Positions 12,052-22,481 of a stretch of DNA of 64,000 bases are shown here, piece after piece. The notes beneath the pieces are model-generated. The model saw only the letters and a list, made by a program, of their open reading frames with translations. It searched no databases and had not been told where the DNA came from. Every line of letters begins with the position of its first letter. The first letter of the stretch is position 1. The translations under genes were made by a program, and so were the position numbers. The DNA is from Torpedo marmorata (taxonomy: Eukaryota): NCBI GenBank assembly GCA_977017645.1, contig OZ360226.1, positions 133,300,001-133,364,000 of the forward strand, written 5' to 3'.

Positions 12052-12996
12052 TATTACGTGCTCCCCTTTTCAGTTCATTTTCATTTGAGTGGGACAGTCA
12101 CTTTAAGAGAACAAATCAAGCTGCCAGCCCTGCAAGTTATGAGAGATTGACTGAGCTGGCAGGCGAGGAACGACGTGTACTCAAATTGGATACTTCTGAA
12201 GAGAGAGGAAGTGCCTGGAGACACAGGTGCGGAGACCATGTGACCAGCGTGTTGAAGACACAGTGCACTGTTTGCTCAGGGGCCATTTTAAGGAGACAGA
12301 ACTTGGAGAAGCATCCTTTGAAGTAATACTGTGCTGAAGTGGCCTCGTGTGGTGATAGACAATTTGTCAGATGTCTCCGTGTTATAGGGGAATGTGTAGG
12401 GGCCATTTTAAGGAAACACCACCTAGAGAAGCATCCTTTGAAGGGATATTGTGCTGAAGGGCCTCGTGTGGTGATAGACAATTTGTCTGATTTCTCCGTG
12501 TTATAGGGGAATGAGTATACCACTCCGTGACCAAAAGGGAAGGTCACTTTGAACGGCTGACCCACGAAAGGGTTCTGGAAGCTTTGTGAAAATCACTCGT
12601 TTCATGTCCCCTACGCCAGAAAAAGGGGAGTTTTGATTGCCACTCTTCTGAAAAGGACATTTCTCTGGAAGCACCTCGACAAGGATTTCGTGAGTTTATA
12701 AACAACCTATCACCTACTTCGGGAACTTCTTTGCATCAATTTCAAGACTGCGTGTCAACACTGAATTTCTGAGACTGAACTTTGAACTGCCTTTCGAGAA
12801 TCGTGCCTGAGCTGTAGTGGCTTAGGATCTGCCACACACACACACAACCACACCCACAAGTATATTTGTGCATAGTTGGGGGTTAGGTTTAGATAAGTTT
12901 AGATAAAGTGTTATATTATTGGTAATTAATAATTTAAAATATTATTTTAAATATAACACTGGGCTAATTTCTATTGCTGCTGTCTGGTACGTAACA
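12052..12996 (+). repeat. 3' LTR of the Gmr1-like element
   Basis: Follows the PPT; termini TATTACGT...ACGTAACA (TG mutated to TA); internal ~120-bp tandem duplication at 12278-12397 and 12398-12517. Confidence 0.8.
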
Positions 12997-13153
12997 CTTT
13001 GAATTCAGCTTTTGGTTTCCCTGGTTGGAGCAAAGCTGCTTTGGATCTGAATGGTCATGGCAAAGCCCAAATCTGACAATGATTAAGTGACGCTTGATAG
13101 CACTGCTGACATTATCTTCCATCATTTGGAGTAGATCGATGCTGTGACAATTA

Positions 13154-13973
13154 CTGTATATTTTGGCGTATAAGTCGAGTCTTGAAGCCCTCAAAAAACG
13201 GGGGTCGACTTATACGCCGGATATACTTTTGAGACCTTAAAATCAGCTCAAAAAGTGCTCCACACCGATTCAGCGTATAAGTCGACCCTTGAAAACCCAA
13301 TTCGGCGTATGTCGACCCATGAAAAACTGATTCGGCGTATAGGTCGACCCTGGAAGCACCTCCCCACCGCCGGCGCCGCCGCTCCCCGACACCTTCCCAC
13401 CGCCGGGCGCCGCCATAAACCACCCAGACATTCTACAATTGTTGAGCCCGAGGTCCCCATTCCTGCCCGGTAAGCCGAGGCTCCTGGCCGGTAGGGTGAG
13501 GTTGCCGCTCCTGCCATGTAAGCCAAGGTCGCCGCTTCTGCTGAGGAGAATGAGGTCACCGCTCCTGCCCAGGAGCCGACACGTAGCCATGGTTCCTGCA
13601 CCGAGCACACTTGGGCAGCGAGGCGACTTCTTCGATGCGGACAGCACCACACCCGATGTGGAGAATGGAGTCGCCGTCGCCGACTCTGGCTGAAGCTGAA
13701 GACTTGGACCCAGCTCCATTTGGCATCTTCCCGCCAGAATCAAAGGTGTATTTTTTTTTTTTTTTTTACTGTTTTTTACTTGCTTAATTTACAGCTTTGT
13801 TACTTGGTGATTGGGGTGTTGTAACAAATTTTGGGTTGTTGCTGGGAGGCCTGGACAGCCCGAAAATTGGGGGGTCGACTTATATGCCGGATATACAATA
13901 AAACCATTAAAATGAGGCTGAAAATGGGGGGGTTGACTTATCCGCGAGTCGACTTATACGCTGATATATACGG
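13154..13973. mobile_element. Non-autonomous Tc2-type DNA transposon
   Basis: TIRs CTGTATATTTTGGCGTATAAGTCGAGTC and, reverse-complemented, CCGTATATATCAGCGTATAAGTCGACTC; TA TSD at 13152-13153 and 13974-13975. Confidence 0.9.
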
Positions 13974-14713
13974 TAGCTTAATTAAAGTTCTGCTGTATTT
14001 GGAGAAGGCCTAGTGAGGGAGTTTTTATTAAACATTGTTACAGTATGCTGAAATAATCAAAAACAACAACTTGATGGAAGTGCAATTAGTTTTTAGGCAC
14101 ATTTTCAACAGAGCTAGGCTGATGTTGGGGCCCATGACCCCACAGTGCTCTCAGATATTTGTTGCTTTCCTGTTGAATGAATCAAATTATTCTTATAAAC
14201 GTGTGTGGCACCTGTAGAATACACTTTCATCTCTGAATGCCTGGGTGAAATATTGCTGGGTGCAATTATGAAGCTGATAAAATGAGTTAAGTCTTGGATG
14301 ATCAAAACATTTTGAAATGGCATTTTCTCCTTTTTGGTATTGGTACAGATACCAATACTGTGTATTCATTCATTATTAACTGAGAACAGATAATTTTCAT
14401 TTCCAATATCCAGTACATAATCATTTGTTTAATACAGTTTTATGGCAATATTGATCAATTTTTTTCATACAAAAGTTGAGTAAATTTGTGTTTTGATCGT
14501 TGTTCACTGGGTACCTGCAAAATTTTCAAAGTATGAACAGAATTTGAGAAAAAATCCATAGAAAGGCATTTAAGGACAGTTTTGTCCATCAGTGGAAGCA
14601 ATTTTTTTGCTGCAACTTTTCAAATGCTTTTGTTCATGACCGATTTATCTGTAGTTGTGAGAATTTTGAAGTGTATTTTTCCACTAATAATGTCAACTGT
14701 TTCTTTTGATTAG

Positions 14714-14792
14714 TGGTCCTAATCGAGGGCACTACATTGCAATAGTGAAGAGCCATGACTTTTGGTTGCTGTTTGATGATGATATTGTAGAG
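14714..14792 (+). CDS. USP12: Ubiquitin carboxyl-terminal hydrolase 12, penultimate exon (His box)
   Basis: Acceptor ttttgattag|T, donor GAG|gtatgt; encodes [26 protein letters not shown]. The IAI and SHD residues favour USP12 over USP46. Confidence 0.95.
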
Positions 14793-14861
14793 GTATGTCA
14801 ATTATTACCAAATAATATGATTGAACATTGTTTTCTGAAATTGTTATCAATCCAGTTTAGG

Positions 14862-14941
14862 ATGCTATAGGTGCTCTGTGGTTAGTAAGGGATTACTTAA
14901 GGTGGTATGTGAGTGGGGGGGAAAAAGGTTGAGAACCATTG
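14862..14941. mobile_element. Right half of a short hAT MITE
   Basis: Ends in the hAT-type TIR AAAAAGGTTGAGAACCATTG; left end not found. Confidence 0.55.
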
Positions 14942-16639
14942 GATTAAAGGATCATGACGTTCTGTGCAATATTTAGGTCTTGCACACTTTAAACGTTAAC
15001 GATTGAATCTCGGACCAGAATTTATATTTTCCAGTAACTGATGAAGTAAACTTTTCTAAGAACTGTTTATGATTCACAAAAACTCATGGTGAGGGTGTAT
15101 ATTCGGCATGTGCTAGTGGGTCAGAAGGGCCTGTTACCGTGCTGTATCTCTAAATTATTTTTTTTAAACATTAAAAGTGTAAAAGGGGCTAAAACGAGAC
15201 ATGTAGATTAAAAAGAGAATTCTTAATAATTCACTAAACTTTGAATAATTCATAGAACTTTGAGATCACATATAAACTGTCCCTGTTTTATGTAGAATTT
15301 GAGTTCCTGTATTAATCTATTGGGAGCAATGGAATACATACCGATCAAAGCAAATGAGGGAAATTTGTCTGCAATAGAGCAATCAAATTCTTGTGGACTG
15401 CCGACAACTGTTAAAGGACTTGGTTATGAATAGGAAAGGAAATCTGAAGTGCAACAATGATATTATCAAGCTATCAAAACATGTAAGTTACAGGCAGAAC
15501 TTCCACCTGTTAATTAACAGATGTAGAGAGGTAAAGCTTAATTTGCTATGTTAATGAACAATTTTAACAAGTCACAGTAAAACCCCAAAAATTCAAATTC
15601 TTGAGACTTGGTACTGGATTAGTGGATTCCAATGAGCTGTGGATAGTATTACTTTATTTATACACCAACAGATATTTGGGTCACCTTTGTTCAAATGTTA
15701 CAGAATAGTATAACAAACGTGTGTGTTAAAAGGAAGCATTCGAAACTGGATGCAAGTGAGTTTAAAGTGATTACTGGAAACTAGGTTCCAGAGAGTTTAA
15801 ACAAAGCATTGGAATGCATAAACTTCATTGAAGTAGCCATCTGATCTCATCGACCATAACCCACTGACTATATTCCCTTGCACATTTTCTCTCCCTTCTG
15901 TTTCTGCCTCTTTCTTTGGGTCCACCCTTCTCTGCCTCTGTCTCTCTGGTCCCATTCTTCTGTCTCTAGCCCCACCTGTCTGCTTTTCTGCCTGTCTGTC
16001 TATCTCTCCTAGAATATTAAAAATAAAGATAATAATTTCAATAATACCATTGAAAAGAACATTTGTTTCTTTTAAATAAAAATTCATTTGTAAATTGCAA
16101 GGAGACCAAGCTGCTTGGTAATTCTTTGAGAGTCAGTTAGATATGATGGGCAGAATGGAACTGCTCAATTCCATGTGGCCCTGCATTGTTTTTTTAAAAC
16201 ATGTTTTGTTTCAAATGTTCTAAAGTGATCTGGCAACTATGTAAAGCATAGTTCTAAACTTAAAGGTTAAATATGAATCAATAAACAACTTGTCATGATT
16301 TCCCATATCTGGTAGTAATTTATATAGTGCAATTGGAAATGATCCTATGCTTGGGTAGGCAATGTTTATTCAGAGTAACAAGTACACAAAAGATTTCTAG
16401 AATGTCATTTATGGAATGTGTTTCACTATATTAAATGTTAAACATCAGTATTTTGATTGTTTTTAAAAGCAATTTTTTACCTTTTTGAGAAAGGTCACGA
16501 CAGAATGTGCACTGGAGTTGCATGATGTGCTGAGGGAGGTTTTGTTCTTGCATTGCCTCCAGCTAGCAACTTAGTAGCATAGAGCAGCAAGGCCAAACTG
16601 GGGCGTAACACCTCATTTACCAGGAGCGTTGCTTAAATA

Positions 16640-17210
16640 GATGATCCCTACTATCCATCGCACAGAATCTTTAACCTACTGCCATCAGGTAGGAGATACG
16701 GTGGCATCTATATCAGGACTGCCTGGGCTGGGAAATAGTTTCTTCCCACAAGCTGTGAAATTATTGAATGGTATCCTGTAACCTTGGGTTTCCTATCTAT
16801 GAAACTGAGAAAGTTATTCCAAAATGTTTGTACATATTTTTATTATATTTCTATGTATGTGATTATTATTTGCTATGTGAGAAATGTATTGTGTGTATAT
16901 GTGTGCATTGTGGTCCAGAGAAATGCTGTTTCGTCTGGTTGTATATGGGCAGCATGGTTGGCGTAGAGGTTAGCGCAATGCCTTTACAGCGCCAGTGATC
17001 GGGACTGGGGTTCTAATCCCGCACTGTCTAAGGAGTTTGTACGTTCTCCCCGTGTTTGCGTGGGTTTTCCCTGGGAGCTCCGGTTTCCTCCCACCGTTTG
17101 AAACGTACTAGGGGTGTAGGTAAATTGGGCGGCACAGACTCATGGGCTGAAATGGTCTGTTACCGTGCTGTATGTATGTGTGTACAGTCAAATGATAAAC
17201 TTGAACTTGG
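16640..17210 (+). mobile_element. Old Rex1-like LINE 3' end interrupted by a SINE
   Basis: LLPSGRRY...SFFPQAVKLLN C-terminus; tail ATAAACTTGAACTTG. Confidence 0.65.
16947..17172 (+). mobile_element. tRNA-derived SINE (HE1/V-SINE-like)
   Basis: A/B-box-like head (TGGCGTAGAGG...GGTTCTAATCCC), V-core-like GTTCTCCCCGTG...CCGGTTTCCTCCCAC, CR1-like tail TTACCGTGCTGTA. Confidence 0.8.
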
Positions 17211-17282
17211 AAAAAAATATATAAGGGGAGCAGAAATAGAGGCCTGTCCTATAAATCCACTGACTCCCACACTCACCTAGAC

Positions 17283-17484
17283 CAGCTATTCTCAACCTTT
17301 TTTTAGCTATGGCCCCCTTAGGACTCTGCTCAAATTTATGAGACCCCTTCCCTGTGAAGCAGTCAAGTTTAGTTGGTTTCTTCCATACTTCTCTCCTACT
17401 GACCAAACTAAAAAAAACAAAAATATTTTATGATTTCAGTCCGTGGCCCCCTTAAATGTGCTATGGTACTGGTGAGAATGGCTG
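17283..17484. mobile_element. hAT MITE (family with 3 copies in the window)
   Basis: TIRs CAGCTATTCTCA...TGAGAATGGCTG; TSD ACCTAGAC and ACCAAGAC. Confidence 0.85.
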
Positions 17485-17499
17485 ACCAAGACTGCACCT

Positions 17500-19309
17500 G
17501 CTGAGGGCGAGATCAAGGGCGTTTAAGGCCAGGGTTCCAGATCTCTACAAGAAGTCCAGGTGCGACCTGCGGAAGGCCATCTCTGAAACAAAGTGGCAGT
17601 TCTGGAGGAAGCTAGAGACAGAGACAGATACACGCCAGCTATGGCAGGGAGTGCAGGCCATTACAGCCTACAAAATGAGGGCGAACACTATAGACGGTTG
17701 TGATGCTTCACTACCCGATGAGCTGAACACCTTCTATGCTCACTTTGAGAAGGATAACCCAACAGTGCTTACGAGAATCCATGCAAAGGCTGAGGACCCT
17801 GTGATATCTGTCTCTAAGGCCTGTGTCAGAACATCATTCATGAGGGTGAACCCTCTCAAGGCGTCAGGCCCTGACGGTGTACCTGGCAGGGTAATGAAAA
17901 TGTGTGCCAACCAACTAGTCGGAGTTTTCACGGACATTTTCAACCTCTCATTGCTGCAGTCAGAGGTTCCCATCTGCTTCAAAAGGGCATCAATCATCCC
18001 AGTGCCCAAGAAGAGCAGAGTGAGCTTCCTCAACGACTATTGCCCAGTAGCACTAACATCTACTGTGATGAAATGCTTTGAGAGGTTGGTCACGGCCAGA
18101 ATTAACACGTACCTAAGCAAAGGTCTGGACCCACTGCAATTCGCCTATAGTCACAATCACTCCACAGCAGACGCAATATCACTGGCTCTCCACTCAGCTC
18201 CGGATCACCTCGAAAACAACTCATACGTACGGCTGCTCTTCATAGACTACAGCTCAGCCTTCAACACCATTATTCCCTCAGTGCTGGTCAATAAGCTCCA
18301 AACCCTGGACCTCTGCAGCCCTCTCTGCAACTGGATCATTGACTTCCTCATTGGAAGACCACAGTCAGTACGAATTGGAAACAATGTCTCCTCCTCACTG
18401 ACTATCAACACAGGCACACAAGGATACATGCTTAGCCCACTGCTCTACTCACGATACACCCATGACTGTATGGCCAGGCACAATTCCAATGCCATCTACA
18501 AATTTGCCGATGAACCACAGTTGTCGGCAGAATAACAAACGGAAATGAGGAAGCGTACAGGAGGGAGATAGATCAGCTCGTTGAGTGGTGTCACACCAAC
18601 AACCTTGCACTCAACGTTAGCAAAACCAAGGAGATGATTGTGTACTTCAGGAGGAAGTCAGGAGAACACGATCCAGTCCTCATCGAGGGCTCAGTAGTGG
18701 AGAGGGTTAAGAACTTCAAATTTCTGGGTGTCAGCATCTTCGAGGATCTGTCCTGGAGCCTCCATGTCGATGCAATCACAAGACTCGCTAGCGGCTATAC
18801 TTTGAGGTGTTTGAGGAGATTTGGTATGTCACCAAAGACTCAACCTTCTGCAGGTGTAAAGTGGAGAGCATTCTGGCTGTTTGGCACCTCCGTACCAGAC
18901 AGTGATGCAATGCTCAGGACAAGAAAAAACTCCAGAGTGTTGTTAACTCGGCCTGCGACGTCATGGGCACCAGACTTCACTCCATCAAGACATCTACAAA
19001 AGGCGGTGTCTTAAGAAAGCAGCCTCTATCCTCAAGGACCCCCACCACCCAGGCCATGCCCTCTTCACTCTGCTACCATCGGGCAAAAGTTACAGGAGCC
19101 TAAAGACGAGCACTCAGTGGCACAAGGACAGCTTCTTCCTCTCTGCCATGAGATTCCTGAATGATCAATGAACCAATGACACTGCCTTACTTTTCGTGCA
19201 CTATTTTTATTTATTTTTTGTAAGGTGGTTTGTATTAATGTCTGCACTGTGATGCTGCTGCAAAACAACGAATTTCGTGACTTGTTCATGTCAATAAATT
19301 CTGATTCTC
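17500..19309 (+). mobile_element. Rex1/Babar-like LINE, 5'-truncated
   Basis: ORFs 17651..18535 and 18634..19014 with RT motifs; tail CAATAAATTCTGATTCT. Confidence 0.9.
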
Positions 19310-20575
19310 ACCTCCTCCCACCCTGCCCTTTGTAAGGACGTCATCAGTGTCTCCATTCTCACCGGCATTTGTTCTCCAGAAGAAGCTTTCCACTCCAGGA
19401 CATCTGAAATATCCTCCTTTCTCTGGAAACATGGATTCTGTCTAACTGTGTTGACTGTGTTGATGGAGTCCTCACTTGCATCTCTTCATCCTTCCAGCCT
19501 CTGCATCCAGGACATCATTCTTTGTCAGTTCCGCCAGCTTCAACGTGATCCCACCAGTCATGTATTCCCCTCCCCATCTTTTTCTGCTTTCCCCAAGGAC
19601 AACTCTGTGACTCTGGATTGTCCATCCATTCACATCCACAAGTGCATTCCCCTGTAAGACCTGTCCCTCTACATTCTCCCTCTTCTCCATCCAGGGACCA
19701 AAACAGCACTTCCAGGTGGTGGAGATTCACATGCACCTCGTCCAGCCTTGTCTATTGTATTGTGTACTTTCGATTTGGCCTTCTCAACATCAACGAGACC
19801 AGGGACGTACTGGGAAACGACTTTGCTGAGCACCAATGCACTGTCAACAGCGGATATCTGATTGCAAGCCATTTTAATTTCTTTCCCCATTCACACACTG
19901 ACCTGTCTGTTCTCGGCTTCCTCCGCTGCCATGGTGAAGCTAACCGCAAACTAGAGGAACAGAACCTCATTTTGTACCTGGGTAGTCTACAACCCTTTGA
20001 CATGAACATTGAATTCTCCAATTTTGTTTAACCTACTCCCTCTAATTTCCTTTTGCATTCTTTTGATCTACCCAGGTTCCCCACACGCACACCTTTCTTT
20101 CCACAGCACACCTCCCAATCCCTGTTACCCAGTTTCTTTCCCCTCCCCCACCTGGCTCCATCTGCCCACCAGATAAACACTCCTCGCACTGGTCCCCTTT
20201 CCTCACAGTTCCCATCTGTCCAGTATCCCTCCCTTATCTAGTTCTACTCCACACTTTGTCAGATTCCTTAATCTGCGGCTCTTGGATTCCACCTGTCTCC
20301 TCAGCCTCTGTCAAAACTCCATCCTTTCCTACCCCCACATGGATCCATCTGTCCATCAATCCCTCCTTGCCTGGATCCACCTCTTACTTTCCAGCTCCTG
20401 CCTCATCCATCCCCCTCCCCTCTTTATACTGACTATCCCCTTTACACTCTCGGTCCTAATGCAGGGTCTTGACCTAAAGCATCAATTCTTTTCTGCTAGA
20501 GATGCTGTTGAATCCACTGAGCTTCTCCAGCAGCTTGTGTTTTGCACCAGATTGCAGCATCTGCTGTCTCTTAAC
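19310..20575 (+). mobile_element. Penelope-like element remnant (RT thumb, GIY-YIG endonuclease, 3' tail)
   Basis: FTCTSSSLVYCI...INET...FAEH...IASHFN...RKLEEQNLI..LGSLQP..MNIEF in ORF 19618..20031. Confidence 0.8.
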
Positions 20576-20718
20576 CTGAAAAATAGAAGAGTAGGTTTAT
20601 TTTCTGTATAATAATTTGGAGCTACAGTACTTTTTATTCCAATGCATTATACAGTATGCTTTTAACATGTAACAATAAGCAATTTGATGATTACATTGCT
20701 GATATTGAAATAAGGGTA

Positions 20719-20751
<33 letters not shown>

Positions 20752-20753
<2 letters not shown>

Positions 20754-20982
20754 GTACAGCACGGTAGCAGGCCCTTCCGGCCCACGAGCTCATGCTGCCC
20801 AAATACACCCAATTGACTTACAACCCCCTTGCGTTTTGAAGGGTGGGAGGAAACTGGAGCACCCGGAGGAAACCCACGCAGACACAGGGGAAAACAAACA
20901 AACTCCTTACGGACAGCGCCAGATTCGAACCCTGGTCGCTGGCGCTGTAATAGCGTTGCGCTAACCACTATGCTAACCGATT
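20752..20982 (-). mobile_element. tRNA-derived SINE (HE1/V-SINE-like)
   Basis: Reverse-complement homologue of 16947-17172 with B box GGTTCGAATC. Confidence 0.8.
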
Positions 20983-21099
20983 TCAATTAACCAATTTGAT
21001 TTGGTAATTGCTCTTATTTTACGCAACTTTCAAAGAAATGGTTTTCCTCAGGAATATAGATTTCTTACCCCAAGTCTTAAAGCTCTAAATGCCATTCCA

Positions 21100-22200
21100 C
21101 AGTTTGCTTCTCCATTTTTAATTGTCCTGGCTAAGGATTCCTATAATTTGGTGGGGATGCCGTACTTTTTCAGAGGCTTTGAAGATTCTTTGAACAGTGT
21201 CTGTTTATGGAGACTGGCACTGGGAATGTGAATTGATGGTCTTGCTGTTGTAACTGAGTGTTATTGAAGCCTCTGCTGGTGATTTTGGCCTGGCAAAGAA
21301 CTCTGGCATTAGTTCACTTATCCTGCCAGTAGATTTGGAGGATTTTATGAAGATAGTGTTGGGGTCCACCGTGCTTAGGTGTGCCTCCTGTAGGTAGTCT
21401 ATGACTAGGTTTCACTCCTGCCATTGTGGACCATGAGTTCAGTGCATTGTTTGGGGTCTTGGTCTACAAAACCCTCTTTTTCTCACACAGCTGAAAGCAA
21501 TGATGAATTTCACTCATGTTTGTCATCATTGAGAGTTGGCTCCCCAAATATGGCAAATGATTCGTGCTTCTCCAAGGTCTTGTCATAGACTTTTAATCAT
21601 TGTACAGTAACGGCAGCTTTGATTTGTGGTTGCAAGGCTTGTTTGCTTGTATGTTTCATTGAATGAGTTAGTGATGTCCCCATCGAATGTAAGCTCATGC
21701 ATGTGTATTGCAGCTCTATTTCCAAATTTGGGTCAGCTTAGTTCTGAGTGAAGGGAATGTCCTGTCGGCTATCTCGCTTTAGTGGGAAGCTTGTTGGAAA
21801 TGGAATGCAGCATTGTTAGGGCAAAGATTGAGAAATGTGTTGGGGCAATAAATTAGACGACACCAGTTTTATATTAAGTTGGGACTGGTTTGTTCCCACT
21901 GGTTCAGAATGGTTTGTGTGCAAAAAACAAGATGAAGATAAATTTCTCTATTAAGCCTTATTTGAGAAGGATGCGCTCCCCATTGATGGAGTCAAAGACT
22001 TTGAGATTGGTGAAGGACACATTTAATGGTTGCTGTTCTCAGAGTATAATTAAAGTTAAGGACTGGTTGTGTTTGAAATTTTTCCTAAGCACTCTTGCAA
22101 AACAAGTGATAGTAAATCAGTACACTGCAATGTCCACTTTTGATTTCTCGTCACCCTTGTGCTTCAATTAACTTTAAATTCTCCACCCAACAGAGTAGAT
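21100..22200 (-). mobile_element. Highly decayed RTE-like LINE
   Basis: Minus-strand remnants resemble F.DL.K.FDSIN (about 21985-22020) and the RTE C-terminus FK..LK.SLKKYGIP...ESLA (about 21125-21200). Confidence 0.55.
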
Positions 22201-22379
22201 TGTTAATTTGAGGACTTTTGATTGCAAGGAATGTAGATTGCCTGCACCTTTGACAAAAGCCTTTTTGTGATCCATTTTAGCACTAACTGTATTGAATTGT
22301 TTTTGAGTATTTTGAAAGACTGAGCTTATGAGAGTTGTACTTTTTCCTCCATTAACATTATTTGTTATCTATCAAACAG

Positions 22380-22481
22380 AAAATAGATGCACAAGCCATT
22401 GAGGAGTTCTATGGATTGACTTCCGATATTTCAAAGACCTCTGAATCTGGTTATATCCTTTTCTACCAGTCCAGGGATTAA
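22380..22481 (+). CDS. USP12: USP12 last coding exon
   Basis: Acceptor caaacag|AAA; encodes [33 protein letters not shown], in phase with the previous exon. Confidence 0.96.
   Translation, partial: KIDAQAIEEFYGLTSDISKTSESGYILFYQSRD

Larger units (their letters stand above)
7354..12996 (+). mobile_element. Gmr1-like Gypsy LTR retrotransposon (gag-IN-RT-RH order); 5' LTR not in the window
   Basis: Integrase (8290-9480) lies upstream of Gypsy-type RT/RNase H (9724-11918); polypurine-tract-like GGTGGGAGG precedes the 3' LTR. Confidence 0.88.

Noticed and set aside
13165-13352. Repeat-spacer-like array of GGCGTATAAGTCGACCC
   Set aside because: These are copies of the transposon's own TIR core in mixed orientation with related spacers; not CRISPR
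16947-17030. tRNA gene
   Set aside because: tRNA-derived SINE head followed by SINE core and tail; no complete cloverleaf
20597-20750. Processed pseudogene ending in a long poly(A)
   Set aside because: No ORF or TSD found; the A-run abuts a SINE end
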